This document shows, piece by piece, positions 15,701 to 27,200 of a stretch of DNA of 64,000 nucleotides (positions are counted from its first letter, which is position 1; every line of letters begins with the position of its first letter). Source of the DNA: Pecten maximus (taxonomy: Eukaryota). Below the pieces are notes generated by a model that saw only the letters and a program-made list of their open reading frames with translations, ran no database searches and had not been told where the DNA came from. The stretch spans positions 8,928,001-8,992,000 of the forward strand of contig NC_047020.1 in the NCBI RefSeq assembly GCF_902652985.1, read 5' to 3'. Position numbers and translations under genes: made by a program.

Positions 15701-18700
15701 TACAAAACATTGAAAAGGGGACCTAAACAATCATTAATATACCCAGTCTGAAAAGTCAGTCTGGCTAAATTGTAGTGTAATGTACCTCCCAGTTCTGACT
15801 TAGAGAGTGATGAACCCTCATAACACATACACTATCATTAACGCTATGCTGTTTTACTTTGAAAGTGTTTAAATTACCATTTCCAGGTCTAGAGTGAAAG
15901 CACAACATAGAAACAGCTGCCATATTGGCTGCTCCATGGTTGAAATCTTGGGAAGTCACAACAAATTTCCAGTGGTCAGCAGCCTTCCTCTGATTGTCGG
16001 GGGTCATCATACTGTAATTTACAATATCCTCATCAGGTCAATCATAGGTGAAACAATATAGCTAGTCAGGCCGATCAATGGGTAAACAATACCCTGGTCA
16101 GCTGATCAGAGACAAAACAATATCCTGTCAGGCCGATCAATGGGAAACAATACCCTGGTCACATGATCAGAGACAAAACAATACCCTGGTCACATGATCA
16201 GAGACAAAATAATATCCTGTCAGACCAATCAATGGGAAACAATACCCTGGTCACATGATCAGAGACAAAATAATATCCTGTCAGACCGATCAATGGGAAA
16301 CAATACCCTGGTCAGCTGATCAGAGACAAAACAATATCCTGTCAGGCCGATCAATGGGAAACAATACCCTGGTCACATGATCAGAGACAAAACAATACCC
16401 TGGTCACATGATCAGAGACAAAACAATATCCTGGTCAGGCCGACCAATGGGAAACAATACCCTGGTCAGCTGATCAGAGACAAAACAATATCCTGTCAGG
16501 CCGATCAATGGGTAAACAATACCCTGGTCCGGCTGATCAGAGACAAAACAATATCCTGTCAGACCGTTCAGTGGAGAAACAATATCCTGGTCAGCTGATC
16601 AGAGGCTAACAATATCCAAGTCAGGCTGAATCCAATCTAGTTTATGTGTATTTTGTCTATTATATTTTATATACATTGGACATGCAAGTTTATTATATCA
16701 AGTCTTTTTGCTGCTGAATTACACAAGATTGTAAATGTAGTAGGAAAATAAGCTAATAAGTCTGTTGAGTTTATTGCCTGGTAAACGTACAGAGTCATTT
16801 TGAAGTGGGGTCTTTTTGTAGTAGCTAGTGGATACCTCACTGAACATCTTACATCAGGTATGTAACATGTTATCCAGAATAATTGGGGTTAAGTGTCTTG
16901 TCGAAAGAAACACAAATTGTGCAGGGTAGGGATACAACCTCACAACGCTGATCTTCATTGGAGGTTGTAATGAAGCTGTATATAATTAACCGAGTACTGT
17001 GTGGGAAGGTATGACCTGGCAGACATACAGACTGACAAAAGACAATAGGTAATCTTACCCCTGGTCATAAACACTCGCTAACAACATCATCATCTGTCCT
17101 GTTACTTCCTCCGAGTCTTTCATTGCCTTCCCTTTCTCAAGGGCAATGTCTGAGGCCATTCTGTAAAACTGACAGGCACTCTCTGGTTCCCCTAACTGGG
17201 CATGCATCCGTGCTATTTCCACCATACACATTGCACGATATCTGCCTGAAGAGGATGCACAATAAAACAGAGGAAATAAGGTGATACAATTTGTAGTAGA
17301 TGGTACCAAGAACAGGCTAATGAGAGTTCTGTAGAGAATGTGTATAGACATACAAAGTAAGGAACCATAATATGTTCAGGTCAGGACACGAACCAATCTA
17401 ATTGAAATTAGACTTGTTATTTCCATTCCTCTACGATACTCTACAATAGACTGTATCATAGAGGAGCGAAAATTACAAGTCTAATTTTAATTAGATTTGA
17501 CATGAACTTTCAAAATTCAAGAAAACAAACATCAACCAGCTGTCTTCAATGTAATATGATCAAATGTCTGGACCTTCAAAATTACAGGTGAAAGAAGGAT
17601 CACAAACTAAAACGCATCATTATAAAGGTATATAACAAGATCATGATGAATGAACATTTTGATCAATTTAACCTGCGTAACTTCAGTTTATTTATAATTC
17701 TGATAAAACAAATTGAAATATCAGTGATTCCAGTGTTTTTCATGTCTATTTGTGTAGTAATGATCATATCCAATATTAGAATGGCCAGATGAGGTCACTT
17801 TAGCAACACTGACAACCATTCTCTCCCAGTGTACTGGCCATCTGGTTACAGTTTATACTTACTGTGTGTCTCTCCCAGTGTACCGGCCATCTGGTTACAG
17901 TTTATACTTACTGTGTGTCTCTCTCTCAGTGTACCGGCCATCTGGTTACAGTTTATACTTACTGTGTGTATCTCCCAGTGTACCGGCCATCTGGTTACAG
18001 TTTATACTTACTGCGTGTCTCTCCCAGTGTACCGGCCATCTGGTTACAGTTTATACTTACTGTGTGTCTCTCCCAGTGTACCGGCCATCTGGTTACAGTT
18101 TATACTTACTGTGTGTCTCTCTCAGTGTACCGGCCATCTGGTTACAGTTAATACTTAATGCGTGTCTCTCCCAGTGTACCGGCCATCTGGTTACAGTTTA
18201 TACTTACTGCGTGTCTCTCCCAGTGTACCGGCCATCTGGTTACAGTTTATACTTACTGTGTGTCTCTCCCAGTGTACCGGCCATCTGGTTACAGTTTATA
18301 CTTACTGCGTGTCTCTCCCAGTGTACCGGCCATCTGGTTACAGTTTATACTTACTGCGTGTCTCTCCCAGTGTACCGGCCATCTGGTTACAGTTTATACT
18401 TACTGCGTGTCTCTCCCAGTGTACCGGCCATCTGGTTACAGTTTATACTTACTGCGTGTCTCTCCCAGTGTACCGGCCATCTGGTTACAGTTTATACTTA
18501 CTGTGTGTATCTCCCAGTGTACCGGCCATCTGGTTACAGTTTATACTTACTGCGTGTCTCTCCCAGTGTACAGGCCATCTGGTTACAGTTTATACTTACT
18601 GTGTGTATCTCCCAGTGTACCGGCCATCTGGTTACAGTTTATACTTACTGCGTGTCTCTCCCAGTGTACTGGCCATCTGGTTACAGTTTATACTTACTGC

Positions 18701-21148
18701 GTGTCTCTCCCAGTGTACCGGCCATCTGGTTACAGTTTATACTTACTGCGTGTCTCTCCCAGTGTACCGGCCATCTGGTTACAGTTTATACTTACTGCGT
18801 GTCTCTCCCAGTGTACCGGCCATCTGGTTACAGTTTATACTTACTGCGTGTCTCTCCCAGTGTACCGGCCATCTGGTTACAGTTTATACTTACTGTGTGT
18901 CTCTCCCAGTGTACCGGCCATCTGGTTACAGTTTATACTTACTGCGTGTCTCTCCCAGTGTACCGGCCATCTGGTTACAGTTTATACTTACTGTGTGTCT
19001 CTCCCAGTGTACCGGCCATCTGGTTACAGTTTATACTTACTGCGTGTCTCTCCCAGTGTACCGGCCATCACGTTACAGTTTATACTTACTGCGTGTCTCT
19101 CCATCTATCAGTTTCATGAAGAGTGTTGATGCAAGCTGGAGGTCTCCTCGAGCCCAGAATACATATGGCAAAACCTTGTCATAAAATAGGTCTACCACAT
19201 CAGCAAATCTGTTGAAACAGTAAGTAAGTTATCCTAATTACAATATGCTGAACAGCATTATTTTAACAAGAGATCCAGATCCTTTGGCCTGTATATTGTG
19301 TAAATAGTCCCAATAGCATAATTACTCCAGCCTTCCTTGTTCATGACATTACAATGTTTTAATGAAATGTAATTCAATTATTAACTTGCTTTTGGACCTA
19401 ACCTCATTTTAAGAGCCCTTTTTACTCTGATCATTGCCATTTCGATAGCAGACAGGATTTGTGTGGACTCCGATTCATACTGCTTCCTGATCATCACAGT
19501 CTCCGACAAGAATGCTGGCATCATTAGATCTACCAAAGTGGCAAGACCTGTGAAGACAAACAACATAAAAGGAGAAGAAATTATCAGTTGTTTAGCATAC
19601 GGTCTACTTTTCTTGGTTAAAACTCTCAAAATTTAAGATGATAGCCTTCTGGTCAGTCAATTTGTTTCTCGAATCGTGTAGTCATAAAAAAATTATTATG
19701 CACATCAAGGGACCAAGGGAACCCACATATGAAATTTGAGAGAGTTGATTAAGGAAGGACAGACAGCTGCCTACAGATAACGGGCAATTTGATAGCCCAG
19801 ATCTGATGGTCGAGGGCCAAAAGGGAGACAACTATTAACTCTAAAAATAAATATGTATTATTCCATTATGACATTCATAACACAAACAAATAATCAATAG
19901 AACTCTGACGTTTAAATCTGAATTCTTATATTGTGGTAATTAAAAGGGGGTAATAATTATTTACACTAAATCTTAATTATTGCACCATCTAAGGGGAGAT
20001 AATTAACTGTTATCTACAAACATGTACGCGGTAACATTGTAATAGGTTACATATATGGGTTATATATCCTTTTTTGCCATATATCTAAACCATGAGTCTG
20101 TCCAAACTTTAAAAGAATAATTATTTTAAGTTAATTCATACTTACATCCAAGGAATTTCTGGTGGAACATATATGAATCATTTGTGGGATTAAACCCTTT
20201 CGGAGTGACAAATATGGCTGGTAAGATAGATGATGTCTTACTGTAGTAATAATCAGAATGCACAAAGAAAAAGCCAAACTTTGGATAGGCCATGGAGTTC
20301 CATATATTCCTAGTAGGTAGGAGACATTTGTAAACAGGAGGATGTGACCGATGTTCTTTTGCAACAAAAAGTGATCCTTTCTTTTCTGCAAATGGCTGCC
20401 ATTGAGAAAACTGATTTTGTAACAAAGAGACCTGAAATTTTCTTAAACTCAGGTCATTGTTTGAATGCTTCACAATGTTTTTCAGGCCTTTAGGTAGCGG
20501 TGTTTGAACTTTCTTTTGGCGTATGGAATTCAAACACAGTTAAAACAGAGAAGGAATAGCCTTTTCTATAAAACTCCTGCTGTGTTCAACCAGTTTCTGT
20601 GTTTCCCCGAGATAGTCTGTCTCTACATATATATTACCCTCTAAAACTGATAAAACTTCATTTCCATCTAAAATATTATGTTTGTGTCTTTTACGTTTCT
20701 GCTTTTTACTAGGAGCACCTTTCTTTTCATGATGTTGGTGTGAAGTAACGACATTGTTTACCTTGCCACTAACACAAGATTTGTTAGATATATGGGCAAT
20801 ATCAAGGGGAGACAACTGTTGACTGGCCTCCCCATCACTACTGGACAAGGATGAAATCTCCTCTTCTGCTGAGAAATACAGATCATCATCTGAACTTAAT
20901 GTTAGCTTTAGTTCTGGTATATCTGGATAGCCTGATGACTGAGCACTCTGAACAGACACATCCTCATCAGAAGATGATGACAGAGCTGAGGCCTCATCAT
21001 CAACAGATTGTTTTTTTGATATTTTCGTCTTCCTTCTCCTAGGCTTTCTCTCTTGTGAATTTGAAAATTCCAGCGACACTGTTCTGGTATACGATGGTCG
21101 TGTTTGCCTTTGCTTGATGAGTGATGCAAGACAAGATTCTTCCTCCAT
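3728..21148 (-). CDS. Uncharacterised ~1263-codon protein, 19 coding exons: low-complexity N-terminus with NLS-like basic clusters, SOCS-box-like motif carrying an in-frame TAA at 20540-20542, TPR-like helical region, beta-rich C-terminal region
   Basis: Hand-spliced exons, all GT-AG with matching phases: 21148-20146, 19547-19403, 19208-19090, 17245-17059, 16011-15858, 15399-15248, 13974-13777, 12212-12075, 11819-11725, 11627-11413, 10498-10379, 8837-8649, 8220-8069, 7050-6928 (least certain), 6735-6616, 6039-5863, 5256-5089, 4429-4353, 3987-3728 (TGA). The sum is 3792 nt, divisible by 3. An acceptor TTTCCAG lies at about 21204, upstream of ATG 21148. Domain calls are by eye only. Confidence 0.85.
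5741..5877. repeat. 43-45-bp tandem repeat x3 containing the exon end plus GTGAGT donor (minus strand)
   Basis: agatggtg..acttataacaaagtcaactcacatatcacagcc repeated; the last copy overlaps exon 6039-5863. Confidence 0.9.
7148..7983. repeat. 26-bp intronic minisatellite
   Basis: Unit cccacacatccttgcagattaggaca, about 32 copies. Confidence 0.97.
8990..10135. repeat. 42-bp intronic minisatellite with degenerate edges
   Basis: Unit taaaccaaggggagacaacatcctcaatcaaatatcaatata. Confidence 0.96.
10575..10976 (-). mobile_element. Non-autonomous Helentron/HINE-like element fragment (TGACCTTGACC family)
   Basis: Two ~150-bp internal units with gtgaccttgacctttgacc, a GACG/GCC microsatellite-like tract and a terminal hairpin tgtcacc...ggcgaca followed by an A-run. 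Related decayed units lie at about 1140-1720. Confidence 0.55.
12334..13138 (-). mobile_element. Non-autonomous Helentron (HINE/DINE-1-like) element, short copy with about 3 internal ~158-bp repeats
   Basis: Reverse complement of 53124-55166: subterminal inverted repeats gctcacctgg/ccaggtgagc, GTCC microsatellite, 3' stem-loop aggccc-tct-gggcct, T-rich ends and no TSD. Confidence 0.88.
13330..13825. repeat. 83-bp tandem repeat (5 good copies plus 1 decayed) duplicating about 48 nt of exon end plus donor
   Basis: ttacctgg recurs at 13441, 13524, 13607, 13690 and 13773; the last is the real donor of exon 13974-13777. Confidence 0.93.
14149..15198. repeat. 21-bp intronic minisatellite (about 50 copies)
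   Basis: Unit atagttatcaagtatagcgat; it generates spurious heptad ORFs. Confidence 0.97.
16040..16630. repeat. Dimeric ~30+31-bp minisatellite
   Basis: Alternating acaataccctggtcagctgatcagagacaaa and acaatatcctgtcaggccgatcaatgggaa. Confidence 0.92.
16790..17000 (-). mobile_element. Decayed tRNA-derived SINE-like fragment
   Basis: ggggttaagtgtcttgtcgaaagaaacacaa resembles the reverse complement of the gtgtccttgggcaagacactt core common to V/Meta-type SINEs. A similar decayed copy lies at about 59430-59660. Confidence 0.35.
17394..17498. mobile_element. Palindromic MITE with 9-bp TSD (Mutator-like)
   Basis: Near-perfect 105-bp hairpin caatctaattgaaattagacttg...caagtctaattttaattagattt, flanked by gacacgaac and gacatgaac. 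Confidence 0.8.
17820..19101. repeat. 49-bp minisatellite (about 26 copies) containing the exon end plus GTAAGT donor (minus strand)
   Basis: Unit ctcccagtgtaccggccatctggttacagtttatacttactgcgtgtct; the terminal copy overlaps exon 19208-19090. Confidence 0.97.
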
Positions 21149-21674
21149 CTTGACTTTTGGTAAGTTACTACTTTATCACCGGTAGTATAATAGAGACACC
21201 ACCCTGGAAAATATAAACCATCAAAACTGAAAGAATGGACATTACCGAAACTACAGGTATGTAGCTGATTTCACAACCAATTATGGCAACACTATAGTTT
21301 TGAGAGAAGATGCCAATATCTGCAATGTATAGGTTATTTATCAATAATCATGTTCAGATTACATACTTTATAACCGGTCCCTATATAGGTCCCTAGTTAC
21401 TTTCCTGAAAACCAGAAGTTGAATGTTTCTGGTTACCCGACAACACAATGCCAATCTCAGATATCTAGCAATTTTTTGACCAAATAATTCAAGCAACAAC
21501 ACATAAGGCTAGTGACAGAAATATTCATTCAGCATTTGGTTGAAGTTGAAAATAAGAAAAACAATATTATAATTATGGGCCTTAACGGTCACCAGAGTTC
21601 TGAAGCATACAACAGATGATGTTTTGCTTCTAAACTAAGATTTAACATGTCAGCCTGATCCCTTGAATGTAGAT

Positions 21675-21930
21675 CAAGGGAATGACAGGTTGACCGAAAA
21701 ATGTCTTGGTCAACCAAGGGAATGACAGGTTGACCTAAAAATGTCTCTGGCAACCAAGGGAATGACAGGTTGACCTAAAAACGTCTCGGTCAACCAAGGG
21801 AATGACAGGTTGACCTAAAAACATCTCGGTCAACCAAGGGAATGACAGGTTGACCTAAAAACGTCTTGGTCAACCAAGGGAATGACAGATTGACCTAAAA
21901 ACATCTCTGTCAACCAAGTGAATGACAGAT
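21675..21930. repeat. 40-bp minisatellite (about 6 copies)
   Basis: Unit caagggaatgacaggttgacctaaaaacgtctcggtcaac. Confidence 0.93.
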
Positions 21931-23081
21931 GGAAATTTTCATATCTTAATTAAACATATGTAATAGTGTAGAAAATTGGTGGAAGAGCTACTGGATTTTC
22001 AAAAGTTGTCTTGTCTGATGAAAACTGAAAATGTTTATCAACTATTCAACCATGATCTAATACCAGACACCACAGATTTGCAATGAACCAGTGGAAAAAC
22101 AAATTTTCATAGAGCATCACTACCTCACCTGGATCTCCTCTCAGATAAACCCTCCTCCCGTCATTAGCATAAGGGAGTGAATGCCCAGGTTGTGCTTTGA
22201 AAAAAAACAACATCTGTCCCTCTCCCCATCCCTACTGTCCCCATCACACTCACATTCATACTGTAACTCAGACAAACAACCAGTTCACTATTGAGGAATT
22301 GTGCCCAATTCCCTTGTATATAAATCAAACTATCGAGGAATCCCCTACTGTAATTATATTTAGCTCTCACGGTTTACCTATATTGACACATGAACAGTGT
22401 TATCAAACATATCTACTTGATATGTCCACACACAGGTAAATGTATCATTCATATTTAAGATACATTGTAATAGAAAGGAGTAATGAAAAAGCCGGCCCTT
22501 GCTGGGGCTCAAACAAGCGACCCTTATGAAAATACTAGTGAATTTCGCTCTCAAGGCAATTAAACATCCTTCCACTATGCTAAAGGGAATGCCCTGTAGC
22601 CGGAGAAAGTAAGGTGATCTGTACTCGCCACTTTATACAGGTAGATTGAAGCATTGTCAAATTAAAAATTTAAAATAAAAAATAAATAAAAAATAGAGAA
22701 AAATAGGTGAAAAAAATTGACTGTTATAATACTTTTAGTTCTTTTAACCACGGCAACAATTTAAAACAGTTTCTCGTTTAATTGACTTTAAAAAAAAAAA
22801 GAGAAAAAGATACAACTCTGCGAATGCATTATATTGCCTCAAGCAAAATGTTACCTATGGGGGAATCTCTTACAATTTTGAAGCTTTGAATATAAGATTT
22901 TTTTTTTCAAGTATGCTTGGTTACCAAATCTGATTTTAAGAAAACCTTAACCACTTAATAATCAGATTTCTATTGCTTTCCCCGATATTTTCTTCTTCTT
23001 CAATTACACATTATATCATTATGCTCCGACTAGATTTCTCGATTATTTTCTCAATTTCAGATTATTTATATACACTAACAG

Positions 23082-23155
23082 CAATCTAATTAAAATCAGA
23101 TGTTCACTATCCACTCCGTAAACTCTGTATGATACATATGATTTTAATTAGATTG
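23082..23155. mobile_element. 74-bp MITE with 17-bp TIR and 10-bp TSD (Mutator-like)
   Basis: TIR caatctaattaaaatca / tgattttaattagattg; flanking direct repeat acactaacag at 23072-23081 and 23156-23165. Confidence 0.82.
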
Positions 23156-23234
23156 ACACTAACAGGTAACCAAGTTACTTTGTCCAGTTACACGAGAGTA
23201 GCGATTTATAAGCGTAAGCTTGTAAGATACATAC

Positions 23235-23520
23235 CAGTATATATAATGTAGCAAGCAAGCCGTGCTTGTGAACATCTTGACCAGTGTCACGTCGTCTGTT
23301 CCAGTGCAACTGTTTGTAGGCCTACAGCAGGCCTATATTGCACCACCACGCTTAATCAGCCAAACTAAGAAAGTTAAGAAACACGTGATCTATCGACATT
23401 GATTAATATTTATGTACTAAAAGCTAGATAGTATATTCTATGATATATATTTACTCATAAGAAATGGTGTTGCTTCTATCAGCGGTTAAGACGGTAACGA
23501 TTGTGTCACAGGTGCTGGCT
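23235..23520 (-). promoter_or_regulatory. Probable non-coding first exon/promoter region of the 19-exon gene
   Basis: Minus-strand donor CTG|GTATGT at 23235/23234, local CpG retention, and an unmatched acceptor at about 21204 upstream of the ATG. A possible extra UTR exon lies at about 22129-22195. Confidence 0.4.
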
Positions 23521-24204
23521 GGTATCAGAGGTGAAAATGAAAGTAGAAGTATCGGTAAAAGGGAGGTAACTGTAACTATTTTTTGACACCTTATAAAGGT
23601 ATCACACAACTAATTATTTCACTATATTATTATTACCAAGGACCCCATCCCCTCAATCACTCATTTGGAGTTAATATGTTGTGAAATTGATATCAAATTT
23701 GGGTTCGAAGATTTTCCTATCAGAAAAATGATGTTATTGGATAGGTTTAATAGCATATATAAGAACACACCAGTACTTGGAAGACAGTGACCCTGATATT
23801 TACAGTGGACTGGGGAACACCAACGTGGGAAATTCCCGACTTTTTACAGCTGGAATCCTACGTCTTTCTATTCATACCAGGAGTGTACATTTTTGATTTT
23901 TAAAATCTCAAGACCCTACTTTTTGTTCTAGTATATAGAAAGTACCCATTTCACATGTTATTTACTAAGGATAGCTACAAATTACCTAAGAAACACATTT
24001 TCTTCAGGGACTTAATGGTTCAGTGAAACACCGGCTGATTGACTGAATAAGTTGTGAGACCTGAAGAGAGTTTTTCATTCCATGTACCCTTTTCAAGGGT
24101 CCACATTCCAATCTATATTTGTCCATAGTTTTCCATCGTTTTATCAATTTATAGTTTAACTATGGCACTGACATTGTTTGTGCTGTTATATTAAAGATAC
24201 AGGC

Positions 24205-27200
24205 ACTGGTGTTTGTGTTTTGACGGGTACTAGTGTTTGTGCTGTGAGGTGGCACAAATTTAAGTGTACATCTTTGTTGTATGTACTGTGAGGTGGTACT
24301 GGTGTTTGTGTTGTGAGGTGGTACTAGTGTTTGTGGTGTGAGGTGGTACTAGTGTTTGTGGTGTGAGGTGGTACTAAGTGTTTGTACTGTGAGGTGGTAC
24401 TAGTGTTTGTGTTGTGAGGTGGTACTAGTGTTTGTGGTGTGAGGTGGTACTAGTGTTTGTGGTGTGAGGTGGTACTGGTGTTTGTACTGTGAGGTGGTAC
24501 TAGTGTTTGTGGTGCGAGGTGGTACTAGTGTTTGTGTTGTGAGGTGGTACTAGTGTTTGTGGTGTGAGGTGGTACTAGTGTTTGTGGTGTGAGGTGGTAC
24601 TAATGTTTGTGGTGTGAGGTGGCACAAATTTAAGTGTACATCTTTGTTGTATGTACTGTGAGGTGGTACTGGTGTTTGTGATGTGAGGTGGTACTGGTGT
24701 TTGTGATGTGAGGTGGTACTAGTGTTTGTGATGTGAGGTGGTACTGGTGTTTGTGTTGTGAGGTGGTACTAGTGTTTGTGGGGTGAGGTGGTACTAAGTG
24801 TTTGTGGTGTGAGGTGGTACTAGTGTTTGTACTGTGAGGTGGTACTAGTGTTTGTGGTGTGAGGTGGTACTAGTGTTTGTGTTGTGAGGTGGTACTAAGT
24901 GTTTGTGGTGTGAGGTGGTACTAGTGTTTGTACTGTGAGGTGGTACTAGTGTTTGTGGTGTGAGGTGGTACTAGTGTTTGTACTGTGAGGTGGTACTAGT
25001 GTTTGTGTTGTGAGGTGGTACTAGTGTTTGTGGGGTGAGGTGGTACTAAGTGTTTGTGGTGTGAGGTGTTACTAGTGTTTGTGGTGTGAGGTGGTACTAG
25101 TGTTTGTGGTGTGAGGAGGTACTAGTGTTTGTACTGTGAGGTGGAACTATTGTTTGTGGTGTGAGGTGGTACTAGTTTTTGTGCTGTGAGGTGGTACTAG
25201 TGTTTGTGGTGTGAGGTGTTACTAGTGTTTGTGGTGTGAGGTGTTACTAGTGTTTGTGGTGTGAGGTGGTACTAGTGTTTGTGGTGTGAGGTGTTACTAG
25301 TGTTTGTGGTGTGAGGTGGTACTATTGTTTGTACTGTGAGGTGGTACTAGTGTTTGTGCTGTGAGGTGGTACTAGTTTTTGTGCTGTGAGGTGGTACTAG
25401 TGTTTGTGGTGTGAGGTGTTACTAGTGTTTGTGGTGTGAGGTGGTACTAGTGTTTGTGCTGTGAGGAGGTACTAGTGTTTGTGCTGTGAGGTGGCACAAA
25501 TTTAAGTGTACATCTTTGTTGTATGTACTGTGAGGTGGTACTGGTGTTTGTGATGTGAGGTGGTACTGGTGTTTGTGATGTGAGGTGGTACTAGTGTTTG
25601 TGATGTGAGGTGGTACTGGTGTTTGTGTTGTGAGGTGGTACTAGTGTTTGTGGGGTGAGGTGGTACTAAGTGTTTGTGGTGTGAGGTGGTACTAGTGTTT
25701 GTACTGTGAGGTGGTACTAGTGTTTGTGGTGTGAGGTGGTACTAGTGTTTGTACTGTGAGGTGGTACTAGTGTTTGTGGTGTGAGGTGGTACTAGTGTTT
25801 GTGGTGTGAGGTGGTACTTGTGTTTGTGGTGTGAGGTGGTACTAGTGTTTGTGGTGTGAGGAGGTACTAGTGTTTGTGGTGTGAGGTGTTACTAATGTTT
25901 GTGGTGTGAGGTGGTACTATTGTCTGTACTGTGAGGTGGTACTAGTGCTTGTGTTGTGAGGTGGTACTAAGTGTCTGTACTGTGAGGTTGTACTAGTGTC
26001 TGTGCTGTGAGGTGGTACTAGTGTTTGTGGTGTGAGGTGGTACTAGTGTTTGTACTGTGAGGTGGTCCTAGTGTTGGTACTGTGAGGTGGTACTAGTGTC
26101 TGTGGTGTGAGGTGGTACTAGTGTCTGTGGTGTGAGGTGTTACTAGTGTTTGTGGTGTGAGGTGGTACTAGTGTTTGTACTGTGAGGTGGTACTAGTGTC
26201 TGTGGTGTGAGGTGTTACTAGTGTTTGTGGTGTGAGGTGGTACTAGTGTTTGTACTGTGAGGTGGTACTAGTGTCTGTGGTGTGAGGTGTTACTAGTGTT
26301 TGTGGTGTGAGGTGGTACTAGTGTTTGTACTGTGAGGTGGTACTAGTGTCTGTGGTGTGAGGTGTTACTAGTGTCTGTGGTGTGAGGTGTTACTAGTGTT
26401 TGTGGTGTGAGGTGGTACTAGTGTTTGTACTGTGAGGTGGTACTAGTATTTGTGGTGTGAGGTGGTACTAGTGTTTGTGGTGTGAGGTGGTACTAGTATT
26501 TGTGGTGTGAGGTGGTACTAGTGTATGTGGTGTGAGGTGGTACTAGTGTTTGTGGTGTGAGGAGGTACTAGTGTTTGTACTGTGAGGTGGTACTAGCGTT
26601 TGTGTTGTGAGGTGGTACTAGTGTTTGTGCTGTGAGGTGGCACAAATTTAAGTGTACATCTTTGTTGTATGTACTGTGAGGTGGTACTGGTGTTTGTGAT
26701 GTGAGGTGGTACTGGTGTTTGTGATGTGAGGTGGTACTAGTGTTTGTGGTGTGAGGTGGTACTAGTGTTTGTGTTGTGAGGTGGTACTAGTGTTTGTGGT
26801 GTGAGGTGGTACTAGTGTTTGTGGTGTGAGGTGTTACTAGTGTTTGTGGTGTGAGGTGTTACTAGTGTTTGTACTGTGAGGTGGTACTAGTGTTTGTGAT
26901 GTGAGGTGGTACTGGTGTTTGTGTTGTGAGGTGGTACTAGTGTTTGTGGGGTGAGGTGGTACTAAGTGTTTGTGGTGTGAGGTGGTACTAGTGTTTGTAC
27001 TGTGAGGTGGTACTAGTGTTTGTGGTGTGAGGTGGTACTAGTGTTTGTACTGTGAGGTGGTACTAGTGTTTGTGGTGTGAGGTGGTACTAGTGTTTGTGG
27101 TGTGAGGTGGTACTAGTGATGTACTGTGAGGTGGTACTAAGTGTTTGTACTGTGAGGTGGTACTAAGTGTTTGTACTGTGAGGTGGTACTAGTGTTTGTG

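Noticed and set aside
17829-19184. 323-417-aa Cys-rich plus-strand ORFs
   Set aside because: The 49-bp repeat lacks stops on that strand, so all three frames give the same cyclic peptide; antisense to a real intron.
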